From a virus, in IMG/VR virus record IMGVR_UViG_3300042546_000155: DNA of 64,000 bases, one strand, 5' to 3'. The notes under the pieces were generated by a model. The model was not told the DNA's origin. It did not search any database and was given only the letters and a program-made list of their open reading frames with translations. This document shows positions 37,679-47,285 of the stretch, piece by piece. Numbering within the stretch: position 1 is the first letter of the stretch; the number at the start of each line of letters is the position of its first letter. A program made the position numbers and the translations under genes.

Positions 37679-37702
37679 TATATAATTCTCCATTCAAAGT
37701 TT

Positions 37703-37770
37703 TGGTGTTGGTGGTCGTGAAAGGAAAGGACCCGTGTATAACCACCAACACCATTTTATTATACACGGGT
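37703..37770 (-). ncRNA. H-type pseudoknot element between the cobS-like gene and the wHTH gene
   Basis: Interleaved perfect inverted repeats 37703-37715/37741-37753 and 37730-37741/37759-37770. Confidence 0.65.
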
Positions 37771-37783
37771 ATTCTTATATTAC

Positions 37784-38971
37784 TTAGAAAGCAACTTCCG
37801 CAGTAACATCGGGAGTCGCCTGTTCAGCCACAGGAGCCGGGTCAATCGTCTCATCGACTTTCTTATACAGTTCCATGAAGGCATTCTTAGTATCCACATC
37901 GAAACGGTTCAGACAAAGTTCAATTGCTTTCACTTTGTTCTGACCAAAGATTGCATAAGCCTCGCAGATATGAACGAGACGACGGGTAGAGATAATCTCG
38001 GACAAAGCACCTTCATAGAAGGACTTGCGAATAACATCTGCCCAAGTGACCATCTTATCAACAAAGTCGGTGTTAGAAACACCAGAAGCATTGAGGACAT
38101 TGTTGAGGATTTTAGCCTCAACTTTAGCAGACGGATATTCTTGTTCCATTGTAATGCTGAAACGCTCAAGGAACGCTTCGTTCATAACATTGGTGCCGAT
38201 GAAACGGCCGTCATCAGAACCCTTACCCTTAGTGTTTGCAGTTGCAATCACATTGAAGCCAGGAGCAGGATGAACAACACGATTGGTCTTTTTAAGATAA
38301 ACAGCCTTGCCTTCAAGGACAGGCTGAAGGCACATCATCTTATTAGAACCAAGATCCACTTCGTCAAGAAGGAGAACGGCACCACGAGTCATGGCAGTAA
38401 CAACAGGTCCGTCCTGCCAGACAGTTTCACCGTTAACAAGGCGGAAGCCACCGATCAAATCATCTTCGTCGGTTTCAATAGTAATATTGACACGGACACA
38501 TTCACGCTTTTCATTAGCGCAAACCTGTTCGACCATCATAGTCTTGCCGTTGCCAGAAAGACCAGTAATGTAAGCGGGATAAAACTTACGAGACTTGATA
38601 ATAGCACGAACATCAGGGAAGTTGCCAAACGGGACATAGCCAGTTGCCTTTTCAGGCACAAGCGACATTTCAGCATTATGCGAAAGAACAGACGGAGCAA
38701 CCATAGCAACTGCTACAGTCGGCTCAACGGGAGCCACAACCTTAGCAGGCTTAGAAACAACCTTAGCGGCAGTTTCAGAACCATGCTCGGTGATTGCATA
38801 AAGACCACGACCGAGACGGCGGTCAGCATCATTCAAGAACCAATGAGGCCAAGCGAGATTATACTTTTCAGTAACCTCTTTAACCTGGGCACGAGTGATT
38901 TCACGGATAGCACCAAACTCAAAACGCACCTTGTCGAAAAACTCGGTACGAGCAGCAGCAACCTTAGTCAT
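37784..38971 (-). CDS. CobS/MoxR-like AAA+ ATPase
   Basis: GLSGNGKT, DLIGG, LLLDEVD, ATANTKG, AFLERF, STRRL; start at the second Met behind GAAAGGAA. Confidence 0.9.
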   Translation of the reverse strand: MTKVAAARTEFFDKVRFEFGAIREITRAQVKEVTEKYNLAWPHWFLNDADRRLGRGLYAITEHGSETAAKVVSKPAKVVAPVEPTVAVAMVAPSVLSHNAEMSLVPEKATGYVPFGNFPDVRAIIKSRKFYPAYITGLSGNGKTMMVEQVCANEKRECVRVNITIETDEDDLIGGFRLVNGETVWQDGPVVTAMTRGAVLLLDEVDLGSNKMMCLQPVLEGKAVYLKKTNRVVHPAPGFNVIATANTKGKGSDDGRFIGTNVMNEAFLERFSITMEQEYPSAKVEAKILNNVLNASGVSNTDFVDKMVTWADVIRKSFYEGALSEIISTRRLVHICEAYAIFGQNKVKAIELCLNRFDVDTKNAFMELYKKVDETIDPAPVAEQATPDVTAEVAF

Positions 38972-39004
38972 ATGAGTTCCTTTCACAATTCTCATTATGC
39001 ATAT

Positions 39005-39054
39005 ATTATAGCGGAAGGAAGGGCTTTTGTCAAGCCCCTCCTAAGTGTTTGATT
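39005..39054 (-). promoter_or_regulatory. sigma70 promoter plus IHF-consensus site
   Basis: TTGACA-N17-TATAAT (39005-39033); AATCAAACACTTA = WATCAANNNNTTR at 39042-39054. Confidence 0.75.
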
Positions 39055-41238
39055 TTACGCTACTTTCTTGGAATGACCAGCAATCCGTTCCACAAACTGG
39101 CGCAAAAGAACACGGTTTACCGTCTTTTTCTGGGCAAACTTGGAGAAAGCGGAAGCCATCTTTTTGACGGTCATTTTCTTATCACCGGAGTTATCGATTT
39201 CCAGATTGTTCTCCGTGTCTTTCATGGCAGAGGTGTTGATGATATAATACTCATCATAGCCCGCACTCTTGACAGGATAGTATTTGTTGTCACTCCAGTA
39301 TTTACGAGCCTTCGTAAAGGCATCGGGATTGCCATTAGAGATACCATACTCGTTATCAATACGCTTGAAGTTATTGTAGTCGTAAAGAAAGAAGCCGACG
39401 AGATTGCAGCCGGTGCTATCTTTTAGAATACGCAGCAGCGTATTGGTGTTTTCACGAGTGGCACTCCAATGATGAGGATACCAATCGTAAGTCTTATTGG
39501 TGATCGGATCGACATAGAAATAACGAGTGTTATGCCCCTTTGTAAAGTTGCGAGGTTCGTTGGAGTTTTCAATACCAGCAGAACCATTCGACTCGCCATC
39601 GGTGAGCCAAACAACATTCGTGATTTCCAGCTTGTTACGAGTCGTAAACTCACGGATGACCTTGGGTGCAATCATGATTGCATCATTAAGCGGGGTACCG
39701 CCCATTGTGTCACTCGCAAGATAATGACCCATACCAGCAGCCCAAAGGAACGACATTGCGAAATTCATTTCCTGAATGTTCATTCGGGAAGAGAGGAAGT
39801 TGCGCAATACCAAGCGGGAGCCTTTAATCACATTCTGCTTACCGATGTAAGAGAACGGATTATCAGCACCAGAATCCTTGAAGCCATAGACCTCGAAAGG
39901 CACACCAATCTGCTTACAGAACAGGGTAAGCGAAAACAACTGCTTCAAAGTCTCTTGAAGGTTGTAATGCATAGAACCGGACCAGTCAATGAACATAACA
40001 AAGCCATGGTTCTTACCCTTAGGCGTAGTAGCAAGACGACGGAAGATATCGTCGTTATACTTGTAAGAATGAAGCTTGTTGGTGTCGATAACACCAGTCT
40101 TAGCCACATTGATACGAGCATAAAGTTCGGCAGCCTTACGCTGTTCAAACTCCTTGACCATGAAAGAGATTGTTTCTTTCTCTTTCATTTTCCACTGGGT
40201 CATAAGACGACGGCAATCATCAAATGCCGCATTGCTAAGAGGCGTAGCATAAGGCGACTTTTTATTGCCAGAAAGTTCATCACGCCAATCTTTGATAACG
40301 ACCTTATAGTCATTAACAGCCTTATCCCAATTGACATTAGGCATTGTCAGATAAACGAAAGTGGAGTTTTCGTTCTTAACAATTTCCTCAGACTTACGCT
40401 GCCAAGTTTCATCAGTCTCGGAGCGAGGAGCATTAGAAGGAGCCTCTGACTGACCAGCGCCCTTACCGAAGCCACCAGCACCCGAAGACTCGCCTTCGCT
40501 TCTTACACCCTGGCTTTTGCCGTTTTCATCTCCATCACCTTCATCACCATCAATTTCCTCATAATCAAGGTCGTCAAGATCAACATCATCATCACCTTCT
40601 CCTGCAATTAGGTCGATTTCCATTTCATTTTGTTCTTCGAGTTTCTTCTTACAATAGGCGTAAATTTCCTCAGTAAGAGAAACAACATCATCCCAAGTTT
40701 CAGCGTTTTCAACTTTCTTGAGAAGAACCTTTTCTTCGGAAGAGAAGGTAATATTCATATGCACATTACCACCCTTGAAATAGATATTCAAGCGGTCGAT
40801 AAAGTTCATTGAATTGATATCACGGTTAGCGGTACCGAAAAAGTCACGCTCAACCAGTTCTTTGTAGCCAGCAAGATAGTTGCGACGGCAGCCAGGATAA
40901 CGGCGCTTTTGACGCTTATCAATACGAGCATCCTCGATAACATTCAAGAAGCCTTGAACGGTACGACGGAGAGCCTCGGAGACTTTCTCACCAGGAAAAA
41001 TCTTAGCAGCAAGATCATCGGCAGTCTGCTTATAAACATCGGCAGACGGAGTATCAAGAGCATGACCAGTTTCATGAACCAGCAAAAGGTCCTCAAGGTC
41101 ATTAGAGATACCCTGCCAGATGGGCAGCATAAGGACACGGTTCTTAAGGTCAAACATAGCCGTCTTAAGCGCCGGGTTGCGCTGGACGGTGATGTTTTCC
41201 GTAGCGAGGAGTTTAGCAAGAAGCGACTTATCCGACAT
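39055..41238 (-). CDS. CobT-like VWA protein with N-terminal HExxH peptidase-like domain
   Basis: HETGH, NVIEDARI, acidic linker, MIDAS DWSGS, GGTPL, LTDGES. Confidence 0.85.
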   Translation of the reverse strand: MSDKSLLAKLLATENITVQRNPALKTAMFDLKNRVLMLPIWQGISNDLEDLLLVHETGHALDTPSADVYKQTADDLAAKIFPGEKVSEALRRTVQGFLNVIEDARIDKRQKRRYPGCRRNYLAGYKELVERDFFGTANRDINSMNFIDRLNIYFKGGNVHMNITFSSEEKVLLKKVENAETWDDVVSLTEEIYAYCKKKLEEQNEMEIDLIAGEGDDDVDLDDLDYEEIDGDEGDGDENGKSQGVRSEGESSGAGGFGKGAGQSEAPSNAPRSETDETWQRKSEEIVKNENSTFVYLTMPNVNWDKAVNDYKVVIKDWRDELSGNKKSPYATPLSNAAFDDCRRLMTQWKMKEKETISFMVKEFEQRKAAELYARINVAKTGVIDTNKLHSYKYNDDIFRRLATTPKGKNHGFVMFIDWSGSMHYNLQETLKQLFSLTLFCKQIGVPFEVYGFKDSGADNPFSYIGKQNVIKGSRLVLRNFLSSRMNIQEMNFAMSFLWAAGMGHYLASDTMGGTPLNDAIMIAPKVIREFTTRNKLEITNVVWLTDGESNGSAGIENSNEPRNFTKGHNTRYFYVDPITNKTYDWYPHHWSATRENTNTLLRILKDSTGCNLVGFFLYDYNNFKRIDNEYGISNGNPDAFTKARKYWSDNKYYPVKSAGYDEYYIINTSAMKDTENNLEIDNSGDKKMTVKKMASAFSKFAQKKTVNRVLLRQFVERIAGHSKKVA

Positions 41239-41263
41239 ATGTGTTCCTTTCACGATTTTCATA

Positions 41264-41315
41264 AGTATAGCAAATCAGGCCGGGTTTGTCAAGTCCTAAT
41301 GGAATCAATCACTTA
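41264..41315 (-). promoter_or_regulatory. sigma70 promoter plus IHF-consensus site
   Basis: TTGACA-N17-TATACT (41264-41292); AATCAATCACTTA at 41303-41315. Confidence 0.75.
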
Positions 41316-41445
41316 CGAAGATATACATATAGCCAAGAAACGGAATAGATCAGAATGTAAACGGCAGCGACCATTAGGAAAACTTCCGCAATCTCACCGG
41401 TATGCTTAAGCTTATCAAAATCGAAATAGTTAGGGGTATAATGCA

Positions 41446-43062
41446 TCATTTAACCTTTCTGAAAACGAAAACGGGTTCATATTTCAGCATGATCTTTTTG
41501 CCATTGTTTTCAATCTGACAAAAGTTTTTCATCTTGCCTTCAAGGATGACTTCCGTTTCTTCTTCGCCGGTAATAGGGTTGATTGTTACCTTTTCACCAG
41601 TCTCAACCATTCTGTTTCCGCCCGGCATTTGAGCAAGAGCCATCTTTAGAGTTCCGACATATTCCATTCCCAACTCTTTTAATATATTACAGGAATCTTC
41701 CTCTAATGTCAATAGCTTCCCATCAAATGCAGCATCAGCAATGTTCCAAAGAAGATAACGATCCGGTCGTAGGTAGCTAACGGCAGTCTCCAGAGTAGGT
41801 CGTAGAAAACCATCAACCCAATCCTCATATTGCGAAAACTTGTGACAAGATTGTTCGGGATCATCCGAATAGACCTCTTTTGCAAAATAAGGTGGTGAAG
41901 TGAACACCATATCAAGCTTGCCCTTATACTTTTGAAAGCCAGGCTGAAACTGTGCTACCTCAGACCCACACTGAAAAATCTCATATGTGTGTGACTTAGG
42001 GAACAGACTGCCATTCTCTCTTACATTCTCATTGAAGAAATCTGCCACTTCATGGTACTTAGTGCGACCAGGAGTAGTGTTATGGTCTGTATTAGGATCA
42101 GTACCAATGTAATGAATCGTTCTCTTGTCATCTACAGACATAGCTCCTACGATACGACCTGCCCAACCACTAGAAGGATCCCAAATGTTGATTACATCTT
42201 GATCCTTGATATGATCAGTGAAACGCTCATAAAGATAACGAGCGGTGAGTGGTGGATAGTTCACCGCATACTGACAGAAAGACACTCTAAATGATTTAAG
42301 ACCTAGAGGGAATATCTTCTGTCCTAGTTTGAATAGACGAATGGTGTATGCATTGGTCTTGTTACGATCAACATTGGTGCGACAACGCTCTGGTACCTTA
42401 TCAGCATAATCAGCGTCCACAATCACATTCTGTTTCTTGCCTAGAGTAGCAGAATAGCCTGTGTAAACCTTATCTTCTTTGATAGGGCAAAGCCAGTAGT
42501 CCCAACCTTCTTTGTCTTTCATAAACTCAATAAACTGGTCAGCAGACTCAACATGATATGGAATGTTGTTTATGCGTCCGGTATCACCAATGCTAATAGG
42601 ATTGGAATAATGGTAAAAAGAGTCACGCTTAAAGTGTCTAGAGGCATAAGTAACGAAGGTGTCCAGATAGTCATCATCAGCAAAATAATCATAGATCGAC
42701 TTAGCCTTGCCTTTTGTTGAATATGAAATGCCCGTCTTCATCATGGTAGGGAACCATTGATTGACAGCATTGCCTACTACAGAGGTGTTACGAATAACAT
42801 CTTTCTCACCTGTGCGAAGGTCGAGCGTTTCAAACTCATGAACTGGAAATGAAACCATCTTCTGAAAGTTATCAACTATACCATCTTTGGTAAAACCCAC
42901 ACGAGGAGGAATGCCTTCTTCATCCCATAAGCGCACAACCTCTTTACGCATATCAATGACCCACTGACGAAACTCATCATTGGTCATCCATAGCAGTTCT
43001 TCAAATGTCTTATTGACAGGAGAGTTTAGTAACTGGTCATTGCGTTCATAAAACCATTGCAT
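41446..43062 (-). CDS. amino (N4C/N6A) DNA methyltransferase, large
   Basis: WDPSSGWAGR SAM motif, GTDPN, FTSPPYF. Confidence 0.8.
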   Translation of the reverse strand: MQWFYERNDQLLNSPVNKTFEELLWMTNDEFRQWVIDMRKEVVRLWDEEGIPPRVGFTKDGIVDNFQKMVSFPVHEFETLDLRTGEKDVIRNTSVVGNAVNQWFPTMMKTGISYSTKGKAKSIYDYFADDDYLDTFVTYASRHFKRDSFYHYSNPISIGDTGRINNIPYHVESADQFIEFMKDKEGWDYWLCPIKEDKVYTGYSATLGKKQNVIVDADYADKVPERCRTNVDRNKTNAYTIRLFKLGQKIFPLGLKSFRVSFCQYAVNYPPLTARYLYERFTDHIKDQDVINIWDPSSGWAGRIVGAMSVDDKRTIHYIGTDPNTDHNTTPGRTKYHEVADFFNENVRENGSLFPKSHTYEIFQCGSEVAQFQPGFQKYKGKLDMVFTSPPYFAKEVYSDDPEQSCHKFSQYEDWVDGFLRPTLETAVSYLRPDRYLLWNIADAAFDGKLLTLEEDSCNILKELGMEYVGTLKMALAQMPGGNRMVETGEKVTINPITGEEETEVILEGKMKNFCQIENNGKKIMLKYEPVFVFRKVK

Positions 43063-44023
43063 TTAGCATTCCTTCAAACTGTGCATAATATTGGTCAGGC
43101 GTCTTGAGGACGGTAAAAAGTTTGTTCTCAATTTCTTCGAAGTGATCAATATACTCTAAACTGTGATACTTGTCAAGATACTCATCGAATGATCTTACCC
43201 TCTGCCAATCGGTAGCGACAAAGGTTTTATCTTCGTCATAGTTATCCCAGACAAAGGGAAAGATGCCACATGCAACGGCTTCAACATATCTTGAGGTTGT
43301 TGCTTTAGGATCCATCCAGTTAAAGCATAATGTGGACCGTGAAAGCAATAGAGTAGGAAGAATGTCTTTCATCTTACCCCATCTTTGGTCTCTCTTGAAA
43401 CCATGAAAACGACCAATGAACCATGTATCAAGGTCGCTCTTATGAATCTGTTTTAGAATTGTATGGCGCTGGTCGCCTGATAGCTTACCATCAATTGTCT
43501 TGCGCTTGTCCGAACCCCAATATACAAAGTCAATCGTCTTCTCATCATGAGGGAAAAGAAAACTATGGTTCTTGATGAAACGATATTTCATACCATGAAC
43601 ATTACCAAAGTCACATTCATCAATCGTCTCATATGTAATGTTCATATTAGGGAAGACTTTAGTTCTGTATAGTTCTTCATCGTCACGGCGATCTGACCGT
43701 AGAATGATGACCTTCTTGCCTTCAAAGTATGGTTTGATTGTCTCAAGATGCTCATTAGATCGTTTCAAATCTAATGTGTGAATAGCACCAGGGATCCAAT
43801 AAGTGAACTCTGCTTCACTGGGTATGATGATAATGTCTGCATTTTTGATTGCTTCTGGTTCACGACGAGGCTTCATGTTGAAACCGAAATTGTAATAATA
43901 CCATTCATGCTCAGGATGATTGCGCACATACAACTTTAGCAACTCAAAGAATGAGTCCATGATATGTTCCAACGGAACGATATAGTTAGCCGAAGAACGG
44001 AGACGACAAATACAAATCTTCAT
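43046..44023 (-). CDS. T4 beta-glucosyltransferase-like GT-B protein
   Basis: KTIDFVYWGS and TSRYVEAVAC...WDNYD recall T4 BGT KTLDVIYGGS and TLRVWETMAS...DEEFD; similar length. Confidence 0.55.
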   Translation of the reverse strand: MKICICRLRSSANYIVPLEHIMDSFFELLKLYVRNHPEHEWYYYNFGFNMKPRREPEAIKNADIIIIPSEAEFTYWIPGAIHTLDLKRSNEHLETIKPYFEGKKVIILRSDRRDDEELYRTKVFPNMNITYETIDECDFGNVHGMKYRFIKNHSFLFPHDEKTIDFVYWGSDKRKTIDGKLSGDQRHTILKQIHKSDLDTWFIGRFHGFKRDQRWGKMKDILPTLLLSRSTLCFNWMDPKATTSRYVEAVACGIFPFVWDNYDEDKTFVATDWQRVRSFDEYLDKYHSLEYIDHFEEIENKLFTVLKTPDQYYAQFEGMLNAMVL

Positions 44024-44826
44024 CCTGCTACATTCCATACCAGACAAGGCTCTTTTCGGGAGTGTCCTTCGTGATATTCTTTCATGACATGCCATACCTT
44101 TGCATCATAGGTAGGTGCAGAAGGATAAGGCGGTGTATGTTCTTTCTTCACTGGCTTGTCAAACTTGTATGGCGACTTGTGCAGTATGGCACGCCCGATT
44201 TCTCTAGGGCCCATTGTATGTCCTACAGATACCACATGAACTTCTGCATCAGGCCATGCAAGTTGCAATGCTCTCGTTAGAGTGCCAGATGATCCTACGG
44301 ACCAGACCTCTTTGGGAGAAACCGCAATAGAACGAGCAACACGAATAATACAAGCAATCGAGGTAGGGTGTTCAACACCAATTGGAAGTAATGCTCTTTC
44401 GTCAGGCAATTCTGCAACATAGTCTTTAGCCCTCTTTTGCGTAACCGGAAGCATACCGTTCGGGACCCAATGATATTCACCGCCAAGTTCAATGCCACGC
44501 TTTTGATACTCATGTAATTTATCCATCGATCTTTCTGCCATAAAGATTACGGCTTTTTTGTTATAACGATTGCAAATGAAGGGGAGGGAGATTTGAGCAT
44601 AGCCAGTTGCAGGCGATGATCCATACACCCACTCTTTTATGTTTGCATATTCAGTCGCATGACCAATAAGATAGTCACCGGCTCTCGCCTTAGAACCAAC
44701 AGAAAGAAGGTCATCACGAACAACATGATAACCTTCGTGTTCTACAATCACTGGTGCAGGATTGGGATCAACCCAATTGCCGATTAGGCTTAGATAGTCT
44801 TCTGCTGTTTCATTGTATAGCGTCAT
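44020..44826 (-). CDS. fold-type II PLP-dependent enzyme (ACC deaminase/D-Cys desulfhydrase-like, minimal)
   Basis: VVRDDLLSVGSKAR (PLP Lys), SVGSSGTL phosphate loop, PTYDAK, LVWNV. Confidence 0.75.
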   Translation of the reverse strand: MTLYNETAEDYLSLIGNWVDPNPAPVIVEHEGYHVVRDDLLSVGSKARAGDYLIGHATEYANIKEWVYGSSPATGYAQISLPFICNRYNKKAVIFMAERSMDKLHEYQKRGIELGGEYHWVPNGMLPVTQKRAKDYVAELPDERALLPIGVEHPTSIACIIRVARSIAVSPKEVWSVGSSGTLTRALQLAWPDAEVHVVSVGHTMGPREIGRAILHKSPYKFDKPVKKEHTPPYPSAPTYDAKVWHVMKEYHEGHSRKEPCLVWNVAG

Positions 44827-45437
44827 CTTTGCTCACTAGTTCAAAAGCATCCTCAGGGAATGTTTTATTTGGTTGCTGACCGATAAGTGTTACAATACCA
44901 GCGTCGGCAATCATCTTGTCTATTATGTATATCTCATCTATTAGAAGTTCACGATTGACATAAGGAAAGCCTGGCTTCAATCTTACAACATCACCAGACT
45001 TAAATGTGTTAAAGTCAACTTTCACTTCCAGCGATCCTTAATCTCTTTCACCCGCTCATTCATAAATGTTTCTAGAATCTCACGAACATTGTCATACTTA
45101 GGATTGTTTCTCACATGATATAATTCTAGGGTATAAGCAGAGAGAACAAGTTGTTCATGCGAGTAGTGGTGGGTCTTGTGCGGGTCTGGTTTTTCCATTA
45201 GTGAAATGCTCCTGTTTTGATTAGGCCAGAGACATAGATTAAAGTAATCACCAACTGGATTATGATTAACGACCACTTACGCCATGATAGAGCAACAACA
45301 AGCCATCCTAGATTACCTGCCATTGATAGATAGACATTAAGCGGGTATATGTTTACAGAGGTTAAATAGGCACCACACAATAGAATTGCTGTTGATGCCC
45401 ACTCAAATACAAACTCAACTTGCTTCGGCACAGACAT
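44810..45437 (-). CDS. three small hypothetical genes (44810-45025, 45022-45198, and 45198-45437, a 3-TM protein)
   Basis: Coupled ORFs; the last is very hydrophobic. Confidence 0.55.
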
Positions 45438-45560
45438 TTACATCACCCATTTGCGAGAGTCCGGTCCACAGATTATCTATGTTATAGGTATAATACCCAA
45501 AGGGAGTATTAACAATGGTAATCATATCGATTCCTTTCATTGATGATCTATCATAGATGA

Positions 45561-47285
45561 TCAACCCTCTTTTGTCAAGGTGCTAAAGTTCTTTACCTTC
45601 TCAAACTTGATAGTTCTTTCAAATCTATCAATCATTGTGTCCTTATGGGAAATGACAAACACATTAGTTCCTTCATGTCCGATATCCCACATGATACGGA
45701 TAAACTCATCAATACCGCTAGAGTCCATAGCACGATCTAGTATCTCATCGAACACAAGGATATTGACATTGACACTATTCTTTAGTTTGGCAATCTGTCG
45801 CCATGTTAGAAGAATAGCAAGGTCAATTCTTAACTTCTCTCCTTCTGAGAAATTGTGGTATGAGAACTCGTCTCGGTATCTAGACTTGATAGATTCTTCG
45901 AATGACTCATTGATATTAAAGTTGACGAAGAAGCCAAGTTTTGCAAGATACTTGTTGATGTGTTTGTTAATGATGGGTAGATACTGCTTAATGATCTTAG
46001 TTTTGATTCCACCATCTTTGAGTAGAGTAGTAGCGAGGTCGATGTATTGACGCTCATCTAAAAGGGTCTCCTTCTCCTTTTGGAGGGTGGAAATATCATG
46101 TTGCACTGTTTCAAGTTGTCGTTCTGACTCTTGGGTGGTTTTATCTGACCCAGAGAAGGATTCAATCTGCTCAACAACTTGGCGCAGATTATTAGCAATA
46201 TTGTTATAGGAAGACTTAGCAGATGCCAAGTCCATCTTAAGGATGTTGATGTTAGTAAGGATCTTTTCAATCTCATCGATTTCCGTTAGAACCGAGTCAA
46301 TCTGCTTTTCAACTTTATTTAGTCCGTCGGAAAGTTCATTGATCTTAACATCATTATCTTCGATCATCTTTTTTGAAAACTCAGGATCAATATCCTGACG
46401 ACAAGTCGGACATGTGCCTGTAGCTGCAAAGAAGTCAATGTCTTTGACATACTTATCACGATTAGCTTCCATCTTTGCTCTGAAAGATAGTAGCTTAGAA
46501 TGCTTAGACTTAAAAGGTGATAGATCAAGATCCTTTTCAAGAGCCTTCTCTAGCAAGACTTGACGATTAGCCACACCTTGCTTTTCAATAGCAACCTGTT
46601 CCTCTAGGCCCTGCTTCTTTGCTTCTAGTTCTCTTAGCTTTTCTTCACTGTTGGCCTTGAGTGAAGCGAGAGTCTTTTCGATATAAGACTTGTTTTCATC
46701 CTTAGATGTTAGAATGACACGGTTCTTCTCCAAACCTTCACGATTAGCCTGTAGTCTATTCTTAACCACGGTTGACATGGCTGTAAAGATTTGAATGTCT
46801 AGAAGGTCTTCAATAACTGCACGGCGATCATTAGCTGATAGCTGCATGAATGGAACGAACGATGCCGAGCCGAGGATGACCACCTGTGTAAAGGACTTGA
46901 AGTTCATCTTAAGGATATGCTTCTCAAGATATTCTTGATAATCCTTCGCAGCGGCATCTTGATTCAACATGACACCATCACAATAGATTTGAAAGAGATT
47001 TGGTTTTGCACCACGAACAACTTTATATCTTTTGTTGTTTATGGAAAACTCAATCTCAACCTCACAGTTCTTATTGTTGATAGAGTTTACAACATTACCC
47101 TTGTTCACCTTACGAAAAGGCTTACCGAATAGCACAAAAGTCAATGCGTCGAGGAAGGTTGACTTCCCCGACCCATTGTGGCCCATGATTAGAGTATTCT
47201 TGTGCGTATCTAGTTCAATTTCTGTCCATACATTACCTGCGGACAGAAAATTCTTCCACTTGACATAATGAAAAGTTATCATCAA
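45561..47285 (-). CDS. 46: recombination endonuclease ATPase subunit (gp46, Rad50/SbcC-like)
   Basis: [13 protein letters not shown] zinc hook, FSEGEK, FDEILD, SH. Confidence 0.95.
   Translation of the reverse strand: MMITFHYVKWKNFLSAGNVWTEIELDTHKNTLIMGHNGSGKSTFLDALTFVLFGKPFRKVNKGNVVNSINNKNCEVEIEFSINNKRYKVVRGAKPNLFQIYCDGVMLNQDAAAKDYQEYLEKHILKMNFKSFTQVVILGSASFVPFMQLSANDRRAVIEDLLDIQIFTAMSTVVKNRLQANREGLEKNRVILTSKDENKSYIEKTLASLKANSEEKLRELEAKKQGLEEQVAIEKQGVANRQVLLEKALEKDLDLSPFKSKHSKLLSFRAKMEANRDKYVKDIDFFAATGTCPTCRQDIDPEFSKKMIEDNDVKINELSDGLNKVEKQIDSVLTEIDEIEKILTNINILKMDLASAKSSYNNIANNLRQVVEQIESFSGSDKTTQESERQLETVQHDISTLQKEKETLLDERQYIDLATTLLKDGGIKTKIIKQYLPIINKHINKYLAKLGFFVNFNINESFEESIKSRYRDEFSYHNFSEGEKLRIDLAILLTWRQIAKLKNSVNVNILVFDEILDRAMDSSGIDEFIRIMWDIGHEGTNVFVISHKDTMIDRFERTIKFEKVKNFSTLTKEG

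Noticed and set aside
37970-40449. Long plus-strand ORFs (360 aa, 125 aa, 326 aa)
   Set aside because: Antisense shadows of the cobS/cobT-like genes; no RBS, promoter or recognisable motifs
37784-41238. Cobalamin biosynthesis (cobaltochelatase) auxiliary genes
   Set aside because: No cobN or other cob genes in the window; a generic MoxR AAA+/VWA pair with an HExxH domain is common in T4-like phages
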